A stretch of DNA of 64,000 bases from Takakia lepidozioides (taxonomy: Eukaryota; Plantae; Bryophyta): positions 27,590,001 to 27,654,000 of the forward strand of contig CM060731.1 of the NCBI GenBank assembly GCA_030704615.1. Reading direction: 5' to 3'. The notes beneath the pieces are model-generated. The model was not told the origin of the DNA. It did no database searches and saw only the letters and a program-made list of their open reading frames with translations. A program made the translations under genes and the position numbers. How positions within the stretch are numbered: the first letter of the stretch is position 1; each line of letters begins with the position of its first letter. Below are positions 47,555 through 60,200 of the stretch, piece after piece.

Positions 47555-49816
47555 ATGGCCAAGGAAGTCGGAGCCAAGGACATGGAGTCCGGGTTTGGGG
47601 GCAGGGATTATACAGACCCACCTCCAGCCCCACTGGTCGATGCCAGCGAGTTTGGCCTATGGTCGTTCTACCGTGCTGTCATTGCAGAGTTTGTTGCAAC
47701 GTTACTGTTTCTTTACATCACTATTGCAACTGTGATCGGGGCGAGCCGCAATGCAGCGAGCTGTGGAGGGGTCGGTCTTCTGGGGATTGCTTGGTCGTTT
47801 GGGGGGATGATTTTCGTCCTCGTATATTGCACCGCCGGAATCTCAGGTGATTTAAAGGGAAGAAATCTGGATGGTTGCTCACGAAGATAGTCACATAGGA
47901 GAGCAAAAAGCTGCACTTTGTGTACAAGGTTTTCATAATGAAAGCTGCCAAGTGCTTGTGTACTTCTGTGTCTCTATTACTCAGAGCCCTAGCTCGCAGA
48001 TTGGGTGGTCTGCAGCGGTCACGTAACATTGATCACTTGAGAGGTCGTCCCGGTAGCAGCACTGCGCACTGATTATATTTTTGGCAGAGTGTTGAACCTG
48101 TAGTCGGGCCTCTAGTGTTGAACTTGTATTTGAAATACACACCTAAAGTTAGTGTACCTGTCTGGAATCTGGTTTTCCCCTCTCTCACACACACCCACAT
48201 TGGCTTCCAGGGTGGCTACACATTCTATCGGACCTGAGATTTAGTTTATCTGCATGTACTGTTCATTGATGCTTTCTACATGCTAGTCGAAAGCAGATAA
48301 GGGGGAAGATATTTTGATTCAGAATCTAGATTAGAGTAACTAGTGACTCGAGCACTGAGGGCTAGCTAATGCTTTACACATTTGAACGCTGACAGGTGGA
48401 CACATCAACCCTGCGGTCACATTCGGCCTATTTCTCGCCCGAAAGGTGTCTCTTCCGCGTGCGCTTGCGTACATAATAGCCCAGTGCTTGGGAGCCATCG
48501 TAGGAGCAGGCCTGGTGAAGGGCTTCCAGAGATCATTCTATGAAAACAACGGTGGAGGGGCCAATTACGTTCACTCCGGCTACAGCTTGGGCACTGGACT
48601 AGCTGCTGAGATCATCGGGACATTCGTGCTAGTGTACACAGTGTTCTCTGCAACTGACCCCAAGCGCAGTGCCCGTGACTCTCATGTGCCGGTGAGTAAT
48701 AAGAGGGCAGAAACAGCGTACATCTAGATGTCGAATATGCTAGTATCTCTGTGCTCTTCGTTTTACGGATTGTAGTGGTTCCAAGTTGAAATAGATCAGG
48801 AAGAGGAGCGGTATGTTGGCATGTAGTGCCGCTGTTTACAGTCGGGTGCATCATTTACGGCTCAAAAACAGTGCTTGGGGTCCAAAAGATTTGTAACTCG
48901 GATATTTAAGGAAGGGTAGCGTCAGGTGGTGAAACAGTATCCACCTTGAGTATCTACAGACCGGAATAATATTTGGAAGAGAGACTCACTGGACGACATT
49001 TCTTTCTTGAAATATCCATGAGTGTCCACTCCAACTAAAGCTTGGCAGACAGTTGTCCAGACTTAAGGTATTTGAAGGTTAGATGAAGCTTCGTGGATAA
49101 CACCGAGTCAGGTGAGAAACGTTCAGCTTAGGCTTCGCTTGCTTGATATAAATGTCGGTATTTGTTGGATTATATTGCAGGTCCTGGCTCCATTACCCAT
49201 CGGCTTTGCAGTTTTCATGGTACATTTAGCTACCATCCCAATTACTGGAACTGGCATCAACCCGGCTCGTAGCTTTGGCGCCTCAGTTATCTACAACCGT
49301 CATAGTGGCTGGCACCAACACGTGAGTTCACCGTCTCTCCCAATCTTGCAAACGATTGAGATTATTACGGTCATTCCTTATTGATGGAAATTGGATTAAG
49401 TTGATTGAGCGTCGCACCATACAGCAATATGATCAACTCTTTCACCTTTCAAACTGCTTCATACTGGAAACGGTTCCCTCTTGTTGCAACATTACCTCCA
49501 TCTACAGACATGGAACTTGTAGACTGATATCTAGAGCCCCAAACAAAGAGGACTAATGGATCCACAAAATTGGGCATTACTTCATGCGGTTACTGTTAGT
49601 AAGGCTCTGATTAAATGTACTTGGTTTCCATCTACAATGTGCATTGCAGTTTTTCTCCTTCAAACAATTTACAGGTGAAAATTGTTGGCTATGCAGTGGA
49701 TTTTCTGGGTGGGGCCATTCCTTGGAGCTGCATTGGCTGCAGCATATCATCAATACGTTCTGAGAGCTGGGCCTTTCAAAGCCCTTGGATCCTTCCGTAG
49801 CGCCTCCGTCGTCTAG
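47555..49816 (+). CDS. PIP2: Plasma membrane intrinsic protein (aquaporin), PIP2 type, 282 aa
   Basis: Exons 47555-47846, 48396-48691, 49181-49321 and 49697-49816 give 849 nt in frame with GT-AG introns at the canonical PIP positions. Motifs: [20 protein letters not shown], two NPA motifs (GHINPA, GINPARS), loop D RDSHVP and C-terminal KALGSFRS. Confidence 0.97.
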
Positions 49817-51599
49817 ACTTACCATGTCTTTTGTTCCCCTGCTTAGGAGTTGATCCAGCTACTACCGTAACTGGCGAATCCGAGTGGATCATCATCGCAT
49901 TTGCTGTAATCTAGCGGTCCTACTCAGATCTGTTTTAGGCCAGCTACTTCAGAATGGACAATCTGCCCGATTCTGCTAAGTACTTTCTGGCGAAATACTG
50001 GGAAAATGAGCTTCGCCCTGTGCAAAAGTTCTCAGTGATCAATATGATCGCTTGCCTTCTCAGTCAAGCAGCGTCCGCTGCCCACCACTAGACTCATGTA
50101 ACTTTCTCAAGCGTTGTGCACCGTTCTTCGAAGTGTCTCAGGGACTACTTTTGTATATTAAGACCTGCACATCGTGTATAGATGGCCCCATCGGCTACTG
50201 TCTCTGTCGCCATCTGTTCTGATGGAAAACTTTCCCACACATGTCTAGCGTGCATGGCAGCCACCTCTATAAAGGGTGGCCGTTTAGTTTTCTCATGGCT
50301 TATCTGTGTGTTGGTGTGGATGTTCCACACCCAAGCTCGTAGCTTATCTAGCACGTCTTGGTGTCCCATTAGCCACTATATTTGTACTTGATGGTTATCA
50401 GAAGTAATCAACATTCAAATCTTCCTTTGCTTGTGTACATGTAAGACTCATGAGAAGCTCTCTCAATCATTCTTCTTTCTTCGTTCTCTATTTTGTTCTG
50501 TCGACATTCACTGTGGACATTTTTTTGGGAAAACCCCTATTCCCTGTACATTTCTTTGGGGAAAAAATAACAGAGACACACGGAGAGGAGTCCCTGCCAC
50601 CAGTGTGTCTCTAAGTATCCTTTGCTCAGTTTCGAGGATGTTTAGGACGAGAGTGATGATGAGTGAGTATAAGTGCAGCGGTACCGTCTCAAACTGCGAG
50701 CCGATTTGGCATATCCGAGCATTAAATAGGCCCCATGCCGCACGACCTTTGACCCTGCCTCTCCCTCTTCAGTGTTCACTTGTTTGCATATTCTATTTTG
50801 GGAATCTGTTGTGTAACGTCCATCGGGAATCTTGGTTCTTTCCAAATGATTCACAGGAAGTTGGGGGCCCTTCGTGTTTGAATCCCAGTCCGAATTACAA
50901 AATAAATAAATTTGTCTTTTCATTAGTCAACTTTGTTGTTTTTTCTAATATTTCTTAAAGGAGCGTATTTTCTTTGTTAGAGGGAACCCCCAAGACCCCT
51001 CACAGAAAAGGGTAAGTAGTGACCCTTCACCCTGAAGGGTTACTGCCTTCCGCTGGGAAGGTGGACACTGGACACCTTTGTGGCACCAATTGGTGGATTG
51101 AACCCACAACCACTTCTGAGGTGGTATGTGCCAGTGTCGGGAGGATACAGGATACCCTTTTTCTGCCATTATACTTACCCCCGTGGTAAAACCCGTATAT
51201 GGATATACCCTCCCCTGGAAATTCAGAAATACCCTTACCCTACCCTTGTCAGGGGTAATTTAGTGGCTCTCTTGTAGAGAGAGACTTTGGGGAGACATGC
51301 AAGTCAATGGAGAAAATGTGGTCAAAGGAGCTTCCACCGTGTCAAGGCGCTGATTGGTGTGTTGTGCTGAGTCATGCTCCCTAGTCTTACCTTCCCTTAT
51401 GTTGTGCCAAAGCAAAGCAAGAGAGCCAATTGCCGTTTGAGACTTGTTAATTATTAATTATTATTTACCTCCTGGATATTTTTTCACATAAACCCTTTAT
51501 TCACATCTGAGTCACCGCTACGTGGCACGGCATGAGAGGGTACAAGCCAAATAGGCAAATCTGGGCCCCCATAAAATGAAGGGTACTTAGAATGAAAGT

Positions 51600-53500
51600 G
51601 TATGGCTAAGGGTTACTTTATCCCTTGGCAAGGGTAGAGTGTGAGAGCATGCTCTACTTAAGTATGCATTGCGTTGGGCGGCACACTGAAGGAAGACTTG
51701 GGAGCAGGTAAAAAGGCGGGCCATCACAACATTATTCCCACGCAGGGCCCTTCCCAACGCAGGATCCAATGTGTGCCACGCTACCTTGGATCCGGCATTC
51801 GCATCAGCCCTCAGTGGGAATAATGTCCACGCTGCTTTTGACACCAACTTCTGCGGGGGCTCTCTTCAGGATTTCCTGTGGTGCACCGACAGACATGTGG
51901 TATTTCCACGAGTGTCTGTTCCCTCATGCGGCAGTAGTGACTAGGCCTAGTGAGCTTGGCAGCCACAACCTTGAAGTGGAAGAGAGGGCCGTGTGACAAC
52001 TTGTTTTTTGCCTTGGAGGCAAAGAGCCAGAGTAGAAGGAGGGCTTACAACTTTAGTGGGAGTGCATCCGAAATTGCTTCCTTGGTGGGAGTCAATCCGT
52101 TGTGTCATGTCATCTCTAGCTTTGGTATCAAAGAGCCAATATGAAACTGGGAAGCGATTCACAACCAGGAAATTAATAGCCCCATGGGTGGCAATAGTAT
52201 AGGTAGGGGTTGGACCGTAGCCCGCTTGGGACTCACCGCAGCCTAGTAATAAGGTTATGGGAGAAGGGATGGACTCACGTAGGAAGAGCTGTGGAAGATT
52301 GCAGAAGGCAATCGAAAGGGGGCAATTGTTGGTTGTGCTGCCCCACTCCAAGGCCATCAATAGTAGACTTGTAAGACAAGATGTTGAATGCATTGATATG
52401 AGTAAGCTGAAGAAGGACCCTTGTCCATCAGGAGATGCACATATGTAATGCTCCTCTTGAAGGTTCTCACAATCCCCGGACGAGAAACCGGCGCGGACAA
52501 ATCATAGCTTCTCCGTTGTGTGGAGTTAAAACTGAGAAAAGAAAAGAAATGGCACTGTGTAAGTGTGTTGCAACCCCAGAGTATAGTTGAGGTTGAGGAC
52601 ATCTAGAGGAGCAATCCAAAGTCAAGAGGAATCCCGGGAGCATTAAGGAAGGTGGTGGGTGGGTGCCAAAGTAGGACAGCGAAAAATAGAATATGCATGT
52701 TCATGACGAGCAAGCTCTCGCATGCGAACAAAAAGACGACTGCAAGTTGGATGCGGCACTCACTCATCAGGAGAAGACAAAGGATCGTCTTGCGAGGAAG
52801 AGAATCCTGTCGGGTGGACTGGAAAAAATAAAAGTTGGGGGCGGTTGGGCCATACATAGTGGAAGAATGGGTCCACTGTGTGGGGAAGTAACTGTGTGGA
52901 AGCTATGGCCCACCAACAATCTTGGTTTGGGAAGAGGTTGGAGATACCCGATGGTGGCCACAGATGGTCGTGTCTTGTTGGTGGATGTAGACCCAACAGT
53001 GAAGAGATGGTCTTGGACACGGGTGAGGTGGAGCCACCGCTTGGAAGATCGCTCGAGTTGTTAGATGGGGACGAGGCGGAATCTGCAGCTAAGAACCTCC
53101 TTCCATGTGGTCATAGCCGACCAAAAGGTGATGTCAATGTCGGGTTTTGAACCTTGGTGGGCCCTTCTACGTGTAACCCTTCCCAAATTCCTGTATCTTG
53201 TCCCGACCGACCTCCAGCCTCTCTGTAAAAAGTGTGGAGTCAGGAGATGGGCGGATCTTTGACTTTCACTTGCTGTCTGGAGTTGGTTTTGGGGATAACT
53301 TGTAGTCTGGTTGAGCAGGCGGTCTTTGGTTTTCTTCAGGCCATTTTTCTTTGCTCTCCCTTCTTCAGTAAAGCAACAGACTCCTCTTGGGAGATTTGGG
53401 GTGGTTTCATGAACGGCCCAACGGCAAGTCCCGGTCAAACCATTACAACGTGCCGTCTTTGGAGGGGTGGGACCTGAGTGCACATGCAAAGAGGCCCTTA
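51600..53500 (-). mobile_element. Highly degenerate L1-like LINE ORF2
   Basis: Scattered motif remnants in the expected order (NAPG-IPLDF near 52630; LEWGSTTN near 52350; KVAWHTL near 51780). There is no continuous frame. Confidence 0.4.
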
Positions 53501-54268
53501 AGGAAACCTCCATCCTTGTCTGTTGCTTCCTGGTGTAAGTGGGGCCATTGAGACACTATAATTGATCGAACCCTCATCCAACAAAACATGATGTCTCCTA
53601 AAATTCTCAGGGAAGTCTTGAGTAGATTGTGAAATCATGTAAACATACTTTTCCCATCATCCCCAACATAAACATCTGTCAGTGATCATTTTGAAATATT
53701 GCCCCGACAGCAATCACAAGCGCCTCACATCTGACCCTGCCTTAAGCTGCCTAGAAAATAGTCTGCTGCCGAGGTTTGCGAAGGATCGACGACAAAGCCG
53801 TCAACACGCCCTACTGTCTGTTTTGTCACTCCCACCAAAGATCGTTCTTCTCCGGAAATTTTCCATAACACTACATCTCTTCCTGCAACAAGGGCACCTT
53901 CGATACTGCATGAAGTAGACATGGCAAGTATTGGGGATACGCACATGTTTTCTCTGCTTGTAGGATGGCTCCACACTCCACACTCCACACCTGGCCATGC
54001 AAGGAGATGGGCAGGTACTTGAAGTAAGCAAGCACGAATAACTTACATGCCCTCTCTAGTGCCCTCTCCAACGTACTACATTCGTTCATTCCAAATAAGG
54101 ATTCTAAAGTGTATGGTACATTGCAACTAAGTTCTGAGTTGTGAGCAAACGTTTCTTGCGCTCTCTGAAGAGTCACAAGCAGTCGAGAAGAAACGCTTCT
54201 TTACGCGGGCTTCGCCACAGTTTTCCCTCTCAACGCTCTGCCTGGGCTTATACCTTAGCGCCCTCTGT

Positions 54269-56905
54269 TTAGAGATGCTGGACGTTTTTCCAGTACTCCA
54301 CAACAAGTTTTCTAAATAATGAGTTGTTATTCTCCAACAGTTTGAGTGGTGTGTCATATTCAGCCATTACACCTGCCACCCCACAACCACACAGCAGTTC
54401 ATTAGTATTACAACACGGCAGTCAGCAAAACAAGAACTTAGTATGTCCACGGAATGGGCAGAGGGCCCATGGAACACAGTAGAACCACTGAAACCCAAAG
54501 AGATGAGAAAGAAATAAAGGCTGAAATATATTTCGTCCCCAGAAGGGACCAGGGGATACAAGTGCATTAACGAAGGACTACTTGAAGAGCATGCATTGCA
54601 GGAAAGCAGTTTTCCTCATGTCAATATCCTCATGCCATTCACTGTGAACATTGACTAGCCATGGCCTTGCAGCCATCTACCATGGGGCAAACTAACCCTC
54701 CCGGAGCATTTTTTGGGGTTTGCATCCACCAATGCTTAACTTCGTAGTGGGACTTACCTTGGTATCAACAATTGGTTGGGGCTTTCCAGATTTCCTCTAG
54801 AAAGCCCTTCACAGAAGCATCGATCTGATGTGTGTGATCTGCAGCTAGACCCCAACAGTGCCAGGGCTTTAGGCTTACACTAAAGATTTTGGAGGTTGGT
54901 GGACAGAGGTACAGGGACTATGTTCCTGATGGTCTTGAAGAGTGATGAGAATACCCTGGACACTGAATCAGCAAATGGAAATTGTCTTCAGGCTGCCCGC
55001 ACATTGGGCAATCTCCCTTCCTCTCTGCATCTGTTTATTGTTCGAAAGTAGACTCCCCCATCATGAGTTTAAAAGTGCTGAGGTAGGTAGGCCCTTCAGG
55101 TCATCCTTAGGGTCCTCACCCTGTCGAACTTCTCTTGAGTTTAATTTTCTGTGGGACTCTACTGTCAATGTGGCATTCTTAGACAGAGTCACCTTCAATG
55201 CACCTCTGTTTCCAAGTCTCAAGATGGGTGCCATCAGCCCGACAATCCAAGCCTAAACTTGAGCATGTAGGTTTACAGGACACGTTGTCCATCCTAGGGT
55301 TCACCCCAAAAACTACAGCCAACTCCCAGGAATCACCCTGGGGATACCAGCACTGTCTGGAATATGGGATATATTTTTTGAGCGTAAGAGGTTTAAATGC
55401 AAGGGCATACCCTAGCCCAGGTGTCAAGAATGCAACTGCCCATGTTGAGTGGAGGGGCTGCCCCCAAGCAGGGATCTGCTTGTTACCATTCAGAGATCAT
55501 CACTACTAGGAACTGCACGGAATGCCCGTGTAGACATATTCTGAAAAGGAGAGGCCCCACTCCAACTAAATCCAATGCGATACCTTACCTGAAGCAATAT
55601 GCTTCAGGTCAAACAAACATGGGCGAGTCTTCACAAGGCCAGCATGTGGTCACAGCAACGTTTATCTACTCGACCAGTTCACCCATAGTATGCTACATAG
55701 TGGCCAGAGAGAGAGAATATAATCATGAGATATTCTTCACCGTAGCGTTGTGCCCATAGACTCCAGGCCCAGTAGTGCGGAACAAGAGGGAACAGACACT
55801 ACCTTTATGAGGGGTTCACTCCAGTAGTGGGCCTTACCTTTGTATCAACAATTGGTTTGGACTTTCCAGATTTCCTCTAGAAAGCCCTTCACACAAGCAT
55901 CTGCTGTGTGTGAGCAGCCCCTAGGTTAGACCCAGCAGGGCCAGGGATTTAGGCTCAGCCTCGAGATTTTGAAAGTTGGAGAACAGAGGTGCAGGGACTG
56001 TGTTCTTGAAAGCACCAAATGAGGGTCGCTGATGAGAATACCCCGGACATTGTATCAGAACATGGATAGTCTTCAGGCCGCCCGCACATTGGGCATGGAC
56101 AATCTCCTTCTCTCTGCATCTGTTTATTGTAGGCTCCTCTACCGGATAATTTCAGTCTAGTGCAGAGGGTATATAGGCCCTTCTGATCATCCTTAAGGTC
56201 CTCAGCCATGTCACAAACTGGAAACAAGTTCAGGGAAGAGATTGTACTCATAAGACGTTGTTTGCCGTAGCCTTGTGGCCATTGACCCCGCGCCCAGTTT
56301 GAGCGGGAACAAAAGGGACAGAACCTACCTCTGTCAGGGGCTGAGGTTGGTAGTAAGACTTACCTTCATATATAGAATTAATCCGGGTTTTCCAGATATC
56401 CTCTAGAAATCCCTTCACACAAGCATCAATCTGCTGTGTGTGATTTGCCCAAAACTAGGCCACAGGAGGGCCTGGGCTTTTGGCTCAGCCTCGAGACTTT
56501 CAAAGTTGGTAAACAGGGGTACAGGCACAATTCCCTTGATAGATTTGAAGAGAGCGTCTCTTTGGTGAGAGAACCCCGGACAGTGTATCAGAAAATGAAT
56601 ACTGTCTTCAGATTGCCCACACAGCGGGCAATTGCACTCTCCCTTTCCTCTCTGCTTCTGTTTGCTGTTCAAAGGTAGGCTTCCTGCCCTGAGTTTAGTG
56701 CCGAGAGTGGGTAGACCCTTGAGGTCCTCCCCCATGTCACTGACTGGAAACAAGTTCAGGGAAGAGAGAGAGAGAGAGAGAGAGTACTAAGAGGTTGTTA
56801 GCCATAGCCTTGTGGTCATAGACCCCGCACCCAGTCTGAGCGTAACAAAAAGAGAGAGAATGTACTCATAAGACGTTGTTTGCCGTAGCCTTGTGGCCAA
56901 AGAAA

Positions 56906-56937
<32 letters not shown>

Positions 56938-57202
56938 TGTACTAAGAGGTTGTTTGCCATAGCCTTGTGGCCATAGACCCCGCGCCCAGTCTGAGCGGAA
57001 CAAAAAGAGAGAGAGAATGTACTCTTAAGACGTTGTTTGCCGTAGCCTTGTGGCCAAAGAAAAGAGAGAAATGAAATGAAATGAAATGAAATGGTGCTTT
57101 ATAACATCCGCGGAAAGCTCATAGAGCTTATGGGACGAAGAAAACATGAGAGAGGAAACAAAAACCAAAACCAGAACCAGAGATAAAGACTACTAAAGAC
57201 TA

Positions 57203-57243
<41 letters not shown>

Positions 57244-60200
57244 ATACCATCAGTGAGGGCTAAAACCATATCACTGTCAACCACTGTGGGTATCCGATGG
57301 GCAACAGTAATAACTGTACAATCGCAGAAATCCACTCTGATCAAGTGTTGGATGATGGCGTCAGTGGTTGTGTCAATTGAAGCTGTGGCCTCATCCAACA
57401 CAAGAATCCGGCTGTGCTTCAGCAAAGCACGCCCCAGACAAAAGAGCTGCCTTTGTCCCACACTCCAGTTTTCACCCTCATCGCTCACTGCAATGTATCC
57501 CCAACAATATATGCTCCATGAAATTCTTGAGGAAGGACAGAATGACATCCTAGACTTGAAAAAGTATGAGTGCACAATTCTATTAGAGAGTGAAGATCTC
57601 GAGAAAGGTAGAATGAGAGAAGAAGAAACTTGAACAAGGTTAGTTGTTTTTGCCATAGCCTTGAGCTACATTTAGACATTCAAGGAACATGGGGGGTGTG
57701 GCTGGAGCACAGAATTGTGGCTATTACCATCGCTGGAAGCTAACTCCAGAAGTGACATATGAAAGTACAATGGTTCTCACCTTCTAGCTTTCCGGAAATG
57801 CCTTCACTACCACATCAATTTAATGCTGAACTTCACCCTAGCATTCAGAACTATCTTCCTCAATAGTCTTCTCAAATGTATTTGTACATGCCTTTAACAT
57901 TCATTGAGATAAACAGAGGCTAGTAGCACAAAAATTCACTACAGCCTTGGGAATGGCCACTACCTGGTGCATCAAGCTTTGCTTGCATTCCTCGAATGTT
58001 GTCTGCTAGCTGACATTTATCCAAAGCCTGCCCTCAAGACAACACGACAGTTAGCACCTCCGCGTAGATTCCCCTACCCCACCAGATACAGACACAATGC
58101 TGACATGCAGCACACCATTTCTATGTTCTGACCTCCATTAACCAAGGTTCATTTGCAGATTTTCCTGTCATCACGTCAGCAACTTCATCACTGGCTTAGG
58201 ATGACACATGATTACTTACTCAGAGACATTGAACAACCGATCACTATGGTTCTCCAAAATCTATATTGAAGAGAAGAGAACTTAACTATAGTATCCACAA
58301 ATGCTCACAAACTGAGTTATCAAAAGCGGTGGTGTGTACAATACAACTACTGAACAATTTCTTGATTACCCCCTACTGTGATTCATTGAGACTAAAAGTC
58401 CTGTAATAGTGCGGCCATACTCAATGTTGCAGGCTCCACAAAACCAAACAACGTCACATATGCCCACTACAAATTAATTTGTGCACAGAAGTTTGTAATC
58501 CATTTTATGATAGGTGGTTAATAGAAAGCTGGATCTGACATGTGAAGTACCTCCCAAATCTCTCTATCTGAATGTTCCCCAAGTGGGTCAAGGTTTGATC
58601 GCACACTGCCTCGGAAAAGTGTAGGCTCCTGTGGGATAATGCCCAGTCTTGAGCGCAAATCGTGGAGGCCAATTGTTGTAATATCCAGACTGTCAATCAA
58701 AATCCTGCCGCCTGATGGCTCAACCAGACGGAAAAGAGCACTGATGAGAGTGGTCTTACCACTCCCGGTCCGACCCACTACACCCACTCTCTGGCCACCC
58801 TTAATTGTGCAAGTGACCCCTTTCAGAACCAGAGGGGCAGTTGGCCTGTACCGAATCTGTCTTGTGGAGTGCAAACACGCCATGTAAGTGAGTTACAGCA
58901 TTTGATCATCCCTCCCTCTCTCTGGCCTTGTTTCATTCCTCCAAATTTGAAGTTGCTGATATGAATGAAGAAAGCAAGCACGGTCACAAGCTAAGGCAAG
59001 CATGCCCCATTCTACGGAAAAGAACAAGAGCTAGCCTTAATGACTAGCAGAACCTCACTCATTGGACATGCTTCAGATGAGAGAAAAGGGGGAGGTGGGA
59101 AAGAAGGGAGTGCAGTTGACCTGCAAATGTTGAAGCTCTACTTTGCCTTCACTTGGCCACTGAGCTGATGGACGGCAATTGTCAATAATAAGGGGCCCCT
59201 CACTGGGAATGTGCATGTATTGCTGGATGCGCTCAACTGAGACAATGTTGTTCGCCAAGGTACACAGATATTGGATGACGAACACTAGTACTCCATTCAG
59301 TGTGAGCCCATAGATAAGTGACAACCCAGCAAACCCTACAATGGCAACCAAACAGAGTATTAAGTGTGCAATTGGAAATCAGGCCATCATCACATAAGCC
59401 AATTCCAGCTTTTGAGATCACTACATCACCAGTATGAGGCTTGCAGCACAACCCATCACACAGAGCAGACCTGCAAAACTGAAGCGGGAAAAGGGCCTTC
59501 TATGCTATAACTCTTGTATCTCCATCCTCCTCCAGCCCTCCTTCCGATCACAGCCTCTTGGGGAAAAGGGAACATACCGGAATTTACACGGTTTGGTGGC
59601 AGCAGGATCATGAGCAAAGCAGAAGTACAGAGAATAATTGCGCACAGTGTCTCCAAACGTAGAACAAGCCATTCATAAGCGATGAACGTGTGGAAGAAGA
59701 GACCGGAATCCACATCAATGAGCTGCAAATTCTTCTTCTTGAACTGTTCAGTCTTTCGAAATGCACGAATAGTCATGGCACCACTGATGGTCTCCCCAAA
59801 GTTGTTCACAATTGGAGCCTTAGTGGTCCCATTCATTCTCATCAGTTCCTTGGCGGAGGTAAGGTAATAACGCTGTAGTGAAACATATCATGCTACGTTA
59901 GTACAAATTATAATTGACATGTCTGCCTCTGTCATGTATCTTTCATATTGTGAAGAAAAGTGCAGCAGCTCACATGAAATATTGAGGATGTCAAAACTTT
60001 TATCACATTCCCTGTGTGTCCCATGGTCCCATGTCCAATGGTCCCTTTGGGGCTCTGGTGGACGGAAAAAATATTCTTCATCTTCTCGTCTCTCTCTTCT
60101 ATACTGTATGAAGTTCCTTTTGTAGAGGTTATAAGGCCCCTTTGTTTCTGTTTTGTTTCAGGTGTGAGTAGAGTGACAGAGCAAGCATAGTATAATAAAC

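Noticed and set aside
57099-57247. ABCC ending in the SLSLSL-rich tail shown in the ORF track
   Set aside because: That is read-through into an intron microsatellite. A proper terminal exon ([27 protein letters not shown]) lies at 54372-54269.
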